Source: a virus (lineage: Duplodnaviria; Caudoviricetes). Taken from it: 64,000 nt of DNA. The position numbers and the translations under genes are program-made. Within the stretch, counting starts at the first letter, position 1, and every line of letters starts with the position of its first letter. Positions 1 to 11,358 of this stretch are shown here, piece by piece. A model generated the notes under the pieces. That model ran no database searches. It was given only the letters and a program-made list of their open reading frames with translations, and was not told the DNA's origin. The DNA lies in IMG/VR virus record IMGVR_UViG_3300037400_004242; one strand, given 5' to 3'.

Positions 1-1
1 G

Positions 2-1558
2 ATTCATACATATGTTTATGCACAAGATTTTATTAATGAACATGAAAGTGAGTTTGATTATGATAAAAAAAGTGCCGCTTATGCAACATTACGTTATTTA
101 AAACATCGTATTGTTGAATTGAATGGCGGTGAGCCATATGAACTCACAGATGAAGATAATGTTGGATTGTTAGGCGAAAAATCATATATAGTTAGGGACC
201 CATATGATAATCTTACAGGTCGTTCTGGAAGTAGTGAAGAATTGGCTAATAAAATATCTAATCCAACAGGTTATACTGGATATATTTCTGCAAAAGAAGC
301 TAAGGAAGGTATTGGAAATACTGCTGAAGAAGATGAAGAAATAGCTAAAAGTGCAGGTTTTTATGGCGCGGCTATGGGAAATTATGAAGATAGTTTAACG
401 AAACAATTAATTAATGATAATAATCCAGAATATGTAGAAAATAAGCCAGTTCAGCAAAATTCAGCTTCACAATCTAGTTCTTCTTCGCAAGTAGATGGAG
501 ATTATGGAGCATATGCAAGTATGGTAGAACAAGCTAAAATGATTTCTCAATTAACTGGTTTACCAACAGATGTAATATTTGCGCAATTAGCATTTGAAAC
601 AGGTCAAAATCCATCTGATATGGCATATTCTGATAAAATTCATAATTATGGTGGTACTATTGTTGATATGGGGCATGGAAAAAATGATAGTGGCTTTGGT
701 ATTTATGTAAACAATCAAGAGGGCGCAGAAGCATATGTAAAAGGTACAGTCCCAGTTAGAGAACAATTACCACAATTAAGGGAAGCAATCGCACAAGGCG
801 ATTTGAAAAAATATGTACATTTATTAAAATATGGTATGGAAGAGTCTGGTAAAGGAAATTATCAATATTTTACTGGCGATGAAAATGAATATTTAAATGG
901 TATAATGTCTTATTTATCATTAGCTCATAAATTTGGGTTAAATGGAGTTACACCTAATGGTACATATGATTTTTCAGCAGTAATACAACGATTACAGAAT
1001 TTAAAGCCAAAAACATTAAAAGAACAATGGGATGAAAATATAAGTAATTATAAAACATCTGTTGGTAATGGAAAAACTATAAAAGGCGCATATACACATA
1101 ATGGATTATATCTAGATGCTTCTTTATCTGCTCCTTCTATTGTAGAAGAAAATCAAAAATTAAGAGAAAAATATGCAAATGGTTTATATAATGATGATAT
1201 TACTCCATCTACTGAAAATATTATGACACCTGAAAAATTGGCTGAATTTGAAAAGAAAAAAATGTATTTATCATTTAAAGCTGTTCAAGAAGAAACAAAA
1301 ATGATGATAGAAGCAGAAAGAAAAAAATCACAACAGAAGGATGTTATTTTTAGGCGAACATTGGAAGAAGCAAAAGCTAAAACAGAAAAAGAATTAAACA
1401 AAGAAGAAAAAGATGATAGAGATACAATTGTTTTGAATGTTTTAGCAAAATTAAAAGATGGCCTTAGTTCAAAACAAATTAATCAAATATATCAAGAAGT
1501 AAATAAGATTTTAACGGATAATGGTTTTGAAGCCGATAGTTATATCACACAAACATAA
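2..1558 (+). CDS. C-terminal part of a large tail protein (probable tape measure) with a GH73/lysozyme-like muralytic domain; 5'-truncated by the window
   Basis: The frame is open from position 2 to the listed 119 start. Motifs AQLAFETG..IHNYGG..YFTGD resemble glucosaminidase-family motifs. The gene lies directly before baseplate genes. Confidence 0.55.
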   Translation: MHTYVYAQDFINEHESEFDYDKKSAAYATLRYLKHRIVELNGGEPYELTDEDNVGLLGEKSYIVRDPYDNLTGRSGSSEELANKISNPTGYTGYISAKEAKEGIGNTAEEDEEIAKSAGFYGAAMGNYEDSLTKQLINDNNPEYVENKPVQQNSASQSSSSSQVDGDYGAYASMVEQAKMISQLTGLPTDVIFAQLAFETGQNPSDMAYSDKIHNYGGTIVDMGHGKNDSGFGIYVNNQEGAEAYVKGTVPVREQLPQLREAIAQGDLKKYVHLLKYGMEESGKGNYQYFTGDENEYLNGIMSYLSLAHKFGLNGVTPNGTYDFSAVIQRLQNLKPKTLKEQWDENISNYKTSVGNGKTIKGAYTHNGLYLDASLSAPSIVEENQKLREKYANGLYNDDITPSTENIMTPEKLAEFEKKKMYLSFKAVQEETKMMIEAERKKSQQKDVIFRRTLEEAKAKTEKELNKEEKDDRDTIVLNVLAKLKDGLSSKQINQIYQEVNKILTDNGFEADSYITQT

Positions 1559-1625
1559 TAATAATTTAAAAAATGAGATTGTATGTTTTTAATAGAGTGA
1601 AATATGAACTAGGAGGTAAAAATAT

Positions 1626-3839
1626 ATGTCAGCTATAGATGATAGACATGCTGAAATGGTAAAAAGAGCACAGCAGATAAAACAACAAGGAGGTAAATCA
1701 GGAGATACATTTAAACAGGATAGCTCTGGGAATTGGGGAAAAACTACTAGTACATCTAGTAATGTAGCTAGTGGTTCAACATTTAATTTTAACACTTCAA
1801 ATAATACTGGAAGTAGTATATTTGGGCAAACATCATCATATAGTATGAGTGGTGCTACGCCAAAGACACAATTTATGGGAACAGAAGAAACACAAAGGAT
1901 GTATGGTCCCTTTGGAGGTACAGGAACCTTTGGAGGTATAGGAACTTCAACTCCTCCATATGCGCCAACGGGTAGTGGTGCTAGCGGTAAAACAAATGGT
2001 GGAATTGGTAAGACTGGGATACCATCAATAGATGACCCTTCATCAACAGGAATTGGACATAGAATGAATAATGGTAGCTCAGGAAGCACTACGGCAGGTG
2101 CAGATACTACTGTTATTGGAGCAATAGGAACCACAATTCTAGGTGGTTTGCTAGGTAAAATGTTTAATAAAATCACAGGAGAAAAAGAATATAGTGGTGA
2201 TATTAGTTATTCTCAATCTCCAATTGATTTGCCTGGAACCATTGTTGGTAATTTAAAAAATGTACAAAGTACGCAAGCATATATACAAAATTTTGCACGT
2301 TATAATAATTATTTAACTTGTAATTTAGGTATGGCTCAAATGGCGGCAGATAGATATATGTCTTTAAAAGAACGTATTCCAATGTCATTTGAATATTATG
2401 CAACACCAAGTCAAAAAAAAGAAGTTGTAATGTATATTAATCCTGAAAACATGTCTATTAGTACTGCAAAAGTTAAGCAAAAAGTATTTACTCGTGGTGG
2501 AATTTATTTTCATCATTATGGTGATGATATTTGGACAATGAAAATTAGTGGTACGTGCGGATATGCACAAATGAGAGGTATTGAAGCATTAGAAGAAATC
2601 TATTTTAATTCAGGAACATTGTTAAAATATACAAATGTTGCGGCTGATACGGTTCATACGAATAAAATTACAACTGCAACACAAGCAACAAATGCTTCTA
2701 TTCAAGATTCATTAGATAAATTAAGAAGTTCAGGAAAAGTTGGTAATTATTTAGCAAAAGTTTTTGGAACACTTACAGATGGATTAGGATATACGAAAGG
2801 AAAAGATGGAAAAACAGATAATTCTATTGCTACAAAATTAGGGAAACATAGAGGATTATTAGGAAAAATATTTGGTAATTCTTCTAGTCAAAAAGCAAAT
2901 GGTAATTTATTTGATGTGTTAGCAGGAGCGGCTATGGATGCATCTGCAAATATGAATAAATGTTATGATAATAATACAGATGCACAAGTTCAAGAGACTA
3001 TGAATAATACCAAAAATTTAATGAAAGCCGCCGCTATGATGACAGGAAATCCGACAGCTTTTAAACAATATTTTACAGGATGTTTTAAAAAATTAAAACA
3101 AGGAATTGGTTCAACAACAAGTAAAGAAGTTTTAGGTGCTATGGCGGCAGATATGGTGCAAGGAATATTTTCTGGGAAGCCATCAAATGAAAACATGAAA
3201 GCGATTCTAGATAGTATGAATAATGGTACAAAAAACTTTTTTCAGGGTGTATTAGACATGTTTAATGGTGATTATCAACAAACAAATGATATTGTTGCAC
3301 CACAATCTGCTACATATGGAAATTATTATACTTTAGGACAAATGACAATGACAGAATTAAATAATGTTGTAAAATCTGTTCAATCTTTTAATGCAGAACA
3401 TACGATAGACCATAATGATGCCGCTAAGAATTGGGCTGATATAGAAGACCAATTAACAGATTTATATCGTCCACGTCAGATTATTATGTATTTTGATGAC
3501 CGTGTATACATTGGGCATTTTGATAGTTTTAACTATACACGAAAAGCAAGCACTCCATTAATTTATTATGATATGAGTTTTACAGTTACACGTCAGATAA
3601 AAATTGATGTTTCTAATCGTCAGCAAAAGAATTCTTCTAATGGTAGCACTTCTTTGGGAAGTTTATTAGGTACAGCTATAGCAGGACAAGTTGTTGGTAG
3701 AGGAATTAGTGCTTATAAAAAACATCAACAAAATAAACGTAATAAACAAGCAACGAAAGAAGTAGGTATTCCAGGAAAAACTGCGGATGGAAAAACTGCT
3801 CCAACACCATATGATGGAAGCAATACTAAAACACTTTAA
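1626..3839 (+). CDS. Tail tube initiator / baseplate-associated protein with a G/S/T-rich N-terminus and a large helical insertion
   Basis: MYINPENMSIS..TRGG..ISGTCG and YIGHFDSFNY..YYDMSFTV are the two halves of a tube-initiator-like fold. SD AGGAGG is present, and the position follows the tape measure gene. Confidence 0.5.
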   Translation: MSAIDDRHAEMVKRAQQIKQQGGKSGDTFKQDSSGNWGKTTSTSSNVASGSTFNFNTSNNTGSSIFGQTSSYSMSGATPKTQFMGTEETQRMYGPFGGTGTFGGIGTSTPPYAPTGSGASGKTNGGIGKTGIPSIDDPSSTGIGHRMNNGSSGSTTAGADTTVIGAIGTTILGGLLGKMFNKITGEKEYSGDISYSQSPIDLPGTIVGNLKNVQSTQAYIQNFARYNNYLTCNLGMAQMAADRYMSLKERIPMSFEYYATPSQKKEVVMYINPENMSISTAKVKQKVFTRGGIYFHHYGDDIWTMKISGTCGYAQMRGIEALEEIYFNSGTLLKYTNVAADTVHTNKITTATQATNASIQDSLDKLRSSGKVGNYLAKVFGTLTDGLGYTKGKDGKTDNSIATKLGKHRGLLGKIFGNSSSQKANGNLFDVLAGAAMDASANMNKCYDNNTDAQVQETMNNTKNLMKAAAMMTGNPTAFKQYFTGCFKKLKQGIGSTTSKEVLGAMAADMVQGIFSGKPSNENMKAILDSMNNGTKNFFQGVLDMFNGDYQQTNDIVAPQSATYGNYYTLGQMTMTELNNVVKSVQSFNAEHTIDHNDAAKNWADIEDQLTDLYRPRQIIMYFDDRVYIGHFDSFNYTRKASTPLIYYDMSFTVTRQIKIDVSNRQQKNSSNGSTSLGSLLGTAIAGQVVGRGISAYKKHQQNKRNKQATKEVGIPGKTADGKTAPTPYDGSNTKTL

Positions 3840-3859
3840 TAGAAAGGAATTCATAATAT

Positions 3860-6800
3860 ATGGCAGATAATGATGATGCGAAGAAAAAACAACAAGCAGA
3901 ACAAGAAAGTCAGGATGCAATACAATCTGCTTATGGTCGTGCAAGTCAAGCGGCGCAAAATGGCGGCACTTATATGACTGGTGTTTTTTCAACAAATGGA
4001 ACTGCTGAATTTGATGCAGGACGAGATATTTTAACGGGTGCAGATTTTAAAAAATATGAACATCCAGAGCGTCTTGTTGGAACACAAATGCAATATGCGA
4101 ATACCGGAAATATTCGTGTTGTAAATTTTAAACAAGATTATGTTGTTTTAATTCGCAAGAAATTATTTTATGCGGCAAATTCAGCAGGGAATATTGAAAA
4201 AGATAATGCTGAAATGTCTGATGGTAATTATGTTCGCACTTATAAATTAGATAATTGGACGAGTATTCGTACTAATATTAGTATTTCAGGTACGCCAGGA
4301 AATTGTCAGATAGATTTGCAAGGTGGGGAATGGGTTTTATGTTATGAAGAAACATCTTTAACAAATCGTGGCAAACCAATTGTAACATCAGAATATAATG
4401 GTTATGTAAGTGATGAATTTCCAAACAATAATGCTCAATTACAAAATGATTCAAGCAATAATTTTGAAAATACGCAAACACAACAAAATGACCCATCAAC
4501 ACAAGTAGAACATGGTGTTGCTACAGTTAATGATGCTATTGCAAATAATATTTGGAATCGCTCAGGCGTTCATCCATATCTAGAACAGTATCGTGGTATT
4601 ACATATGATACAAAAGCAAATCCAGATGGTAAAACAGGTACTGTTACAATGACAGATACAGATGGTACGGTACGTAAATTTACTTTACCGATGGATAATA
4701 CAAAACGTGATGAAAATATTTTAAATATTGGACAAAATTGTGAATCTGGTTATAAAATAGCAGAAAAATGCGATTGGGAACCAATGGATGAAGTTTGGAT
4801 TTATGGGAAATCAAACTTTGAACGTGATAGTAAATATAGCAATAGTGATTTTAAAATGAATCAAATTTTCTTTGGATACATTGATAATGTAACAAAGACT
4901 TATTTGAGTGGTAAATCCGCAGGATGTACCATTTCAATTACTGCTACAGACCAATTAAAATTATTAGATTTATCATATGTTACAATGAATCCATCTATGA
5001 CACCAGGTGCATCAGGTGTTGGAGGTATAGATTTACGTTATTCAAAACAAGATACTAGTCATTTTGGTACGTTTCGTTTATACAATCCATACTCTGTTAT
5101 GCAACAAATGGGATTGTTTGGTAGTGCAGAAGATGCTAAAAAAGCGCAAGAAGAGACATTAAACAACTCTTGGGAATTTCAAACATTAGCTAATATTTTT
5201 GGTGGAAAACCGATTGCTGAAATTATTAAACAGTTATGTTTAGATGCAGGTGTCCCAACTTGGTATTTAAAACAGCGTATAGAACCAATTCAATATCCAC
5301 CATTTGTGTATTCGTATAAACAATCAAATTCTTCCATGTTATTTAATGGAAGTATGATGAAACGATTGAATGAATGTCAAACAGCGGCAAGGAAATTATT
5401 ATTAGAATTTTTTGCAGACGAAGCAGGAAATATTGTTTTAAAATGCCCAAATTTTGCATTGGGTGTAAATTCAAAAGTAAAAAATAATATGGGATTTGCA
5501 GAATCTTGTTCTGCGATGATGAATATTGATATTGATAATATTCAACCATATTATGCAATTAATGAAACAAAAATAGATAATGCAAAATTGCAACATGCAT
5601 CACAAGAAGACTTAGATATTTTAAATAACACAAGTCATTCCACAAATGTTGACCAATGTAACCAATATAAAAGAGTAAAAGCCGCAGAAGAAATAGTAAA
5701 AGGTTCTAATTTAACAATGGCAGAAGCCGCAGATAAATTAAGCGGTTTAACGGAAACAAATCCACAATATACATTTATGAAACAATATACAACATACACA
5801 GATGATTATGGTAGTGGAGACAACGGTCCGATTTCTGTTTCTGTGCAAGCACCTGATACATTTGTAAGTTTGGCAGAAAGATATTTGGGCAAAAATAGTG
5901 ATGCATATTTAGATATTTATGACCAAGCATGTTCCCAGTTTAATACTGACGGAAAGCAAATTATTAAAGATATTAATGATTGCCAAGCTATTTATGGTCA
6001 GACATTAATTATTCGTAGAAATCGTTTATATGATAATCAAAATAAAACATGGTTAGGAAATTCCGACCAATTACGTGATGATTTAATTACAAAATATGGC
6101 GAAGACGAAAGTACATGGTACAAACAAGCAGAAGCAGAAGATAAAAAACAAGTTCAAAAACGTAAAGAAACACAAGAAAAATATATGCAACAAGTGCAGA
6201 AACAATATTCAGGGACATTATCAGAAATGACAGATAGTTTAATCCCTGAAATTCCGCAGGAATTTATATTGTCTTTTAGTTTAACAGATTCCGATAAACA
6301 GATTTATAATATGTATGAAGTTAATATTGAAGGAGACTTTGGAATCTTTGATAAAGGCGGACCGCTTCAAAAAATCTGTCGTGTATTTCCTGATATAGCT
6401 TCTATGATTCGCTTCGGTTGCCGTCCGAATCCTACGGTATACAATTTTCCATATATGGGGAATAAAGAAAATGCGCATTTATTAGGATTTATGTTATGTG
6501 CGATGTCATTAGCAAGAAGAAATTCAGCAACTTTAAGTATGATTGAAGATTCTTCTATTCATGTAGGCGACCCGATTCGTTTCTTCGCTTATGATGAACA
6601 TCCTGATGTTCCTTTATCAGAACAAAAAGGAGATAGAGGTCAATTTGAATCTGTACTAAATTCTATGGCTCGTACTTCTAAGGATTTGGAAACACAAACG
6701 ATGGAAACATTGTCTGGTTTTGAACAATTTGCCGTAGAAAAGGAGCAAGAAAAAGTAGAAGGTGGAAACTATACACCTTATAGGGAGAAAGACACGGGGA

Positions 6801-9709
6801 ATTATGTTGGTCATATTGATAAAGGTAATGCACTTAACATTATGACCGAAACAGATGTTTCTAAAAAAAGTTATGAAAAAGTTCCTGCTTCTCAAATGGC
6901 AACACATACAGATGCGCAAACAATTTATTATGTAGAACAAGTTTCTCGTAGCATTGGTGTTGCAAAAGAATCAACAATGACATTGACTTTAAGTTGTGGT
7001 CGTATGATGGGACATCCAAGTGTCATTGATTATATGTTATTATTATATCAAGCATATTTTGACCCTGCTTTAGGTTTTTGTCCTGATATTGCAGAATTAA
7101 ATAAATTAAGAGATAAATATAAAGGGAATACAAAAGAACATAAAATTACTCCATTAGATTGTTTAATTCAGATTGCGTATGATGAATATCATGTTTTGCA
7201 AAATGAAACGGCAGTTCCAGATATTGCAGTTAATACAGCGCAAGAAATAGAAAGTTTGCCTGAATCAAAATATGCACTTAGTAAATTAGCAGGTGATGGG
7301 GCTTCAGAAGTTCAATGCGTCGGATTAAAAAATTTCTTTGCGGCTGAAAATTTAAATTTGGGACAATTTCAGCCATTATTTGCTGATGTCTATCATTATA
7401 ATAACGATTGGAAAAAATTAACATCTATGATATATGGTCATGTGTCTTGTCCAAATCCTCGTGACCCGCAAATGGATATTGTAAAATTTAGTTTCGTTAT
7501 ATTTTTATTTGATTACAATCAAACTCGCTGGGCATTTAGTCGTACAGAAGGTGGAGGAACAGTAAACAAAGGATACAGTTTTGAAACACATTATAGGTCT
7601 GAGAATGAAGCAAAAAGTCAATATAATGTTTTAGCTGGTGTTCGTGCAAGATGGATAGCAGGAGAATATAACAAAACAAATAATGTAACAAGTTATAAAG
7701 AAATGTTAAATGCTGTTATTAATATGTTAAAAAAAGAAGCCATGAGTGTTGGCGATAGAAGTGAATATAGAGCAACAGCAAATGAATGTGTTTTTAAAGA
7801 TAATGAAATTAATCCTTCTATGAAAAATGTTACAGAAGGTTCAAAAGAATCTTCAATTGCGCAACAAAAGATTGAAGAACTACATCATGCTATTATTGCT
7901 TTAAATGTAGATAAATTTGGTAGTTCTTTGACAATTAATATGATACAGTTTGATGGCATATTAAATCGTCATATTGGTGAAACCATTATTATTCCAAAAG
8001 AAATAATATTAGGTGAAAAAAGTACAGATAAAGCAAATAAAAAAGATGAACCAGATTCAAAAACAGAAGTTGCGGCAAATGATGCAGAAAAACAAGCCTT
8101 TGGTAACGATGTCAAAAAATATCAAGTTGTTGAAAATGGTGTACATTGTATTCGTTATGAAAGTTCTACTTGTAAAGCACAGTATTATTTCAAAGAAGAT
8201 GGATGGGATAATTCCACGACACCTCCTGATATTAGTAAATGTGAAAAAAGTTTTGTAAAAATCAAAGAAGCAGATGGTTATCATTTAATTCAATCTCAAA
8301 GTTGTATTGATGGTCGTTCTAGAAACACGACAGTTAAAGTTGATACACTTATGACAGATGATACATATAGTACTGTTAAAGACAATGCCCCTGATGTTGT
8401 ATCTGTTTATGCCGCTGATGGACACCCAATAATAGAAAATGTTGAAATGGTATCAGGCACGATACAAGGCGAACAAAATGATATTGTTGCTAATGCAAAA
8501 GGAAACGGTTCATGCAAACCTTATACTGATATGGTTTATAATTACAAAGGTTCAACGCAAAAAGATGGCGCAGATTTTATGAACCAAACTAATAAATGGA
8601 GACATGCGAATAATATTGTTGCTGAAGATGAATTAACATATAAACAAATTCAAAATGGGAAAACTATAGATTCAACAACTTATCAAGTTAATTCTGATGG
8701 CAAAATGGAAAATGTTACAACAAAACCAGTTGAATTTAGTACAAACGAAAAAAACAATAATGCTAAAACATATTCTAATAGTAATGCACAAAATAATAAT
8801 TCTAGTAATCAAAAACAAATGACACCAGAAGAATATGAAAAATATACTTATAATAAATACAAAAGATTTGGAGAAGAAAAAGCAAAACAACAGGCCAAAT
8901 TAGCAAGACAAAACTATGAAAAAATTTATAATTCAAAAAATCAGAATGGAAATTCAACCACGAGATTAAATACAGATAAAGTAAATTCTGGTAATGAAAA
9001 TTATAAAAAACAATCTGAAAGTGTATTGGATGAATTAACTAAATCAAATCCAAATTCTATGAGTGACGAACAGTTAAACAAAAAAGAAACAAAACAAACT
9101 TCTACAAAATCAGAAGATATCCCAACTTCTGGAAAAAATAATAATCCAAAAAATGATAATTCAAAAAATACAACGAGTTCTGAAAATACTCAAACTGTTT
9201 CAACTGTTAAAAGCAGTATACCAGATAATACAACAGGTACTGATATTTGGGATAATAAGAAAAGTAATAATGGTTTTTCGAACAACGTTCAATCTCCTAT
9301 GTATAAATGTACAGCTAATTACGAAGGATTAAATAGTACGCAATTAAGAGCCGTGCGCGGTCAGAATACAACATCGAGTAGAGTAATTAAAGCAGATATA
9401 AATGATGATGGTAGTACGGTAGTTACAAAAATAGATAGAAATATGCGTGTAACAAAAGTGCGTTTTGATAGTGATGGAAAATATGCTGGTGAAGTAAAAA
9501 TGGATTCTCAAAAGTATTATAATGCTACTACTGGAGAAATGACGGATGTACAAACACGTAATGCTACAATAGCTCAAGTTGCTGGAGAATATGGATTAAG
9601 TTATACCGGGGCTGTTATTCTTGCGCCTGATATGAATACAAAGAAACAAGTTTTAACAGAATTACGAAATAAAGGTGTGCATTGTGATGTTGTTATTAGT
9701 AGAAGATAA
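3860..9709 (+). CDS. Baseplate hub-like large tail protein (1949 aa) with LysM-like segments
   Basis: Hub-like motifs IFFGYIDNV..TISITATDQLKLL, LEFFADEAGNIVLK and YYVEQVSRSI..TMTLTLSCGR. LysM-like segment DTFVSLAERYLG..GQTLII. Synteny fits a hub gene. Confidence 0.55.
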   Translation: MADNDDAKKKQQAEQESQDAIQSAYGRASQAAQNGGTYMTGVFSTNGTAEFDAGRDILTGADFKKYEHPERLVGTQMQYANTGNIRVVNFKQDYVVLIRKKLFYAANSAGNIEKDNAEMSDGNYVRTYKLDNWTSIRTNISISGTPGNCQIDLQGGEWVLCYEETSLTNRGKPIVTSEYNGYVSDEFPNNNAQLQNDSSNNFENTQTQQNDPSTQVEHGVATVNDAIANNIWNRSGVHPYLEQYRGITYDTKANPDGKTGTVTMTDTDGTVRKFTLPMDNTKRDENILNIGQNCESGYKIAEKCDWEPMDEVWIYGKSNFERDSKYSNSDFKMNQIFFGYIDNVTKTYLSGKSAGCTISITATDQLKLLDLSYVTMNPSMTPGASGVGGIDLRYSKQDTSHFGTFRLYNPYSVMQQMGLFGSAEDAKKAQEETLNNSWEFQTLANIFGGKPIAEIIKQLCLDAGVPTWYLKQRIEPIQYPPFVYSYKQSNSSMLFNGSMMKRLNECQTAARKLLLEFFADEAGNIVLKCPNFALGVNSKVKNNMGFAESCSAMMNIDIDNIQPYYAINETKIDNAKLQHASQEDLDILNNTSHSTNVDQCNQYKRVKAAEEIVKGSNLTMAEAADKLSGLTETNPQYTFMKQYTTYTDDYGSGDNGPISVSVQAPDTFVSLAERYLGKNSDAYLDIYDQACSQFNTDGKQIIKDINDCQAIYGQTLIIRRNRLYDNQNKTWLGNSDQLRDDLITKYGEDESTWYKQAEAEDKKQVQKRKETQEKYMQQVQKQYSGTLSEMTDSLIPEIPQEFILSFSLTDSDKQIYNMYEVNIEGDFGIFDKGGPLQKICRVFPDIASMIRFGCRPNPTVYNFPYMGNKENAHLLGFMLCAMSLARRNSATLSMIEDSSIHVGDPIRFFAYDEHPDVPLSEQKGDRGQFESVLNSMARTSKDLETQTMETLSGFEQFAVEKEQEKVEGGNYTPYREKDTGNYVGHIDKGNALNIMTETDVSKKSYEKVPASQMATHTDAQTIYYVEQVSRSIGVAKESTMTLTLSCGRMMGHPSVIDYMLLLYQAYFDPALGFCPDIAELNKLRDKYKGNTKEHKITPLDCLIQIAYDEYHVLQNETAVPDIAVNTAQEIESLPESKYALSKLAGDGASEVQCVGLKNFFAAENLNLGQFQPLFADVYHYNNDWKKLTSMIYGHVSCPNPRDPQMDIVKFSFVIFLFDYNQTRWAFSRTEGGGTVNKGYSFETHYRSENEAKSQYNVLAGVRARWIAGEYNKTNNVTSYKEMLNAVINMLKKEAMSVGDRSEYRATANECVFKDNEINPSMKNVTEGSKESSIAQQKIEELHHAIIALNVDKFGSSLTINMIQFDGILNRHIGETIIIPKEIILGEKSTDKANKKDEPDSKTEVAANDAEKQAFGNDVKKYQVVENGVHCIRYESSTCKAQYYFKEDGWDNSTTPPDISKCEKSFVKIKEADGYHLIQSQSCIDGRSRNTTVKVDTLMTDDTYSTVKDNAPDVVSVYAADGHPIIENVEMVSGTIQGEQNDIVANAKGNGSCKPYTDMVYNYKGSTQKDGADFMNQTNKWRHANNIVAEDELTYKQIQNGKTIDSTTYQVNSDGKMENVTTKPVEFSTNEKNNNAKTYSNSNAQNNNSSNQKQMTPEEYEKYTYNKYKRFGEEKAKQQAKLARQNYEKIYNSKNQNGNSTTRLNTDKVNSGNENYKKQSESVLDELTKSNPNSMSDEQLNKKETKQTSTKSEDIPTSGKNNNPKNDNSKNTTSSENTQTVSTVKSSIPDNTTGTDIWDNKKSNNGFSNNVQSPMYKCTANYEGLNSTQLRAVRGQNTTSSRVIKADINDDGSTVVTKIDRNMRVTKVRFDSDGKYAGEVKMDSQKYYNATTGEMTDVQTRNATIAQVAGEYGLSYTGAVILAPDMNTKKQVLTELRNKGVHCDVVISRR

Positions 9710-9726
9710 TCATACGAGGTAATAAT

Positions 9727-9906
9727 ATGGCAAATATATATGAAGAATTATTTAATAAAGTTAAAGGTGGTCAAAATCCAATTGAAGCGATTAGTAAAGT
9801 GCAAGGTGTAATTAGCCAAATAAAAACACTTAAAAATGCGGTTAGTAATCCTGTGAATGTTTATGATTTAGTGAAAGGAGCTATGAAAAAAATGCGAAGG
9901 AAGTGA
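9727..9906 (+). CDS. Small 59-aa protein not in the ORF track (MANIYEELFNKVKGG...KKMRRK)
   Basis: ATG at 9727 with SD GAGGT at 9716-9720 and TGA at 9904-9906. It fills the gap between two co-oriented genes. Confidence 0.7.
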   Translation: MANIYEELFNKVKGGQNPIEAISKVQGVISQIKTLKNAVSNPVNVYDLVKGAMKKMRRK

Positions 9907-9912
9907 TTTTAA

Positions 9913-10689
9913 ATGTCTTTAATGAGTTCAGTAGGGAATATAAAAGGACAAGTTGCTAGTTTAGGTGCTCAAATAAAAAATTTGAGCAAAGGATTAGGAA
10001 ATCTACAAGGATTAGCAGGTATGTTAGGTCAGTCTGCTTTAGGTCGTTTTAGTGGTTTATTAAATAGTGGTAAACTTCCAGCAAAAGGTGCTGTTCAAGC
10101 TATTGGTAAAATTATAGCTGTCACATCAACTGTTGGAGTTATTATGAACTTATATAATAATGCTATGAAAGCTAGTAAGGCAAAAAAAACAGCTAAAGGT
10201 GATGATAAAGCAACTGAACAACAAAAAATAGATTCAAATGGAAATAAAGTTGATGAAGGAATTAGTGGTCAAGATGTGTCTAATTCTGCATCAGAGACAG
10301 CATTACAAGATGAGGATTCTAGCCCTGTAGGAAAAGGCGAAGGAGGTTCTGTTTCTTATGATTCTATGTTGCCTGGTGATAGATTAAAAGCTAAGATGAA
10401 TGATTATTATCAGCAATTACAGAATCGTTCTCCAGAAGAGATTCAATTTAGTAATGCTCTTGCATATGAAAAACAAATTAAAAAATACAAAAGCACTTTA
10501 ACTGGTGATGAAGATAAAGATTGGGGAACAAAAGCTCAAATTGGTGTTTTACAACAAATGAAAGAACAGTCTATTTCTAACGGTAATAATGATTTAAGTT
10601 ATTATAGTAGGTTATCAGACCCTTCATCGTATGGTAAACAAAAATATGAAGATTATGCAGAATATGAAATGTGGAAAGAAAATGGATAA
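9913..10689 (+). CDS. Hypothetical tail-module protein with a G/A/L-rich amphipathic N-terminus
   Basis: ORF with an SD inside the tail operon; no recognisable motif. Confidence 0.6.
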   Translation: MSLMSSVGNIKGQVASLGAQIKNLSKGLGNLQGLAGMLGQSALGRFSGLLNSGKLPAKGAVQAIGKIIAVTSTVGVIMNLYNNAMKASKAKKTAKGDDKATEQQKIDSNGNKVDEGISGQDVSNSASETALQDEDSSPVGKGEGGSVSYDSMLPGDRLKAKMNDYYQQLQNRSPEEIQFSNALAYEKQIKKYKSTLTGDEDKDWGTKAQIGVLQQMKEQSISNGNNDLSYYSRLSDPSSYGKQKYEDYAEYEMWKENG

Positions 10690-10701
10690 AGGTGATGGTA
10701 T

Positions 10702-11355
10702 ATGTCAGAAATAGATGCAGGTGATAAAAATGCCGCAGGAGCTAGCGGCATATTAATTGGTGCAGAAACAGTAGTAAAAGCACAAGAAGCCGCCGCAAAA
10801 TTAAAAGATAAAGCTAATGGTACAGCGTCAGCGGCGGCAGTAAAACAAGGCTTACTTGGAAAAATGAAAAGCAAACTGCAATCAGCTTTAGGAAAACAAG
10901 CGGGTACTGTTTTAGGAAAGAAATTGAATGGAATGGTTGGAAAAGCCGTAAATAAAGCTGTTAATAAGGCGGTTAATAAAACAGTTAATAAAATGGTATC
11001 AAAAGCTGTTTCTAAAGTCGGTGGCGGTTTAGTTGGTGGCATGATAGGCTCTGCGCTTTCAAATAATAAAGTTGTATCAAATTATATGAATCATTTAACA
11101 AGTAGTATTTCAGGAAGTATTACAAATAGTTTGACAGGTGGTGGAGGTGCAATTACAAAAGCACTCCAAAGAAATTTTGATGCTGATGGTGGACGGCAAG
11201 CACAAGCAGAATATCAACAAAAAAGAATCCAAAATGCACAAGCAAAAGCTAATGCGAAATTAGAAAAACAAGCAAAAGCAGAAGCAAGAAAAGCAAATAA
11301 TAGTAAGGCAAATCTTCAGCAACTTATGAAAGTTACAACAATGACAAATCGGTAA
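10702..11355 (+). CDS. Hypothetical A/K/G-rich tail-module protein with AVNK repeats
   Basis: ORF with SD AAGGTG, followed by a terminator hairpin. Confidence 0.6.
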   Translation: MSEIDAGDKNAAGASGILIGAETVVKAQEAAAKLKDKANGTASAAAVKQGLLGKMKSKLQSALGKQAGTVLGKKLNGMVGKAVNKAVNKAVNKTVNKMVSKAVSKVGGGLVGGMIGSALSNNKVVSNYMNHLTSSISGSITNSLTGGGGAITKALQRNFDADGGRQAQAEYQQKRIQNAQAKANAKLEKQAKAEARKANNSKANLQQLMKVTTMTNR

Positions 11356-11358
11356 ATG

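Noticed and set aside
1589-2176. Antisense ORFs such as 1589-2176, 10653-11042, 21996-22415 and 60662-60934
   Set aside because: They are shadows of low-complexity or codon-biased genes on the opposite strand, with no SD or motifs.
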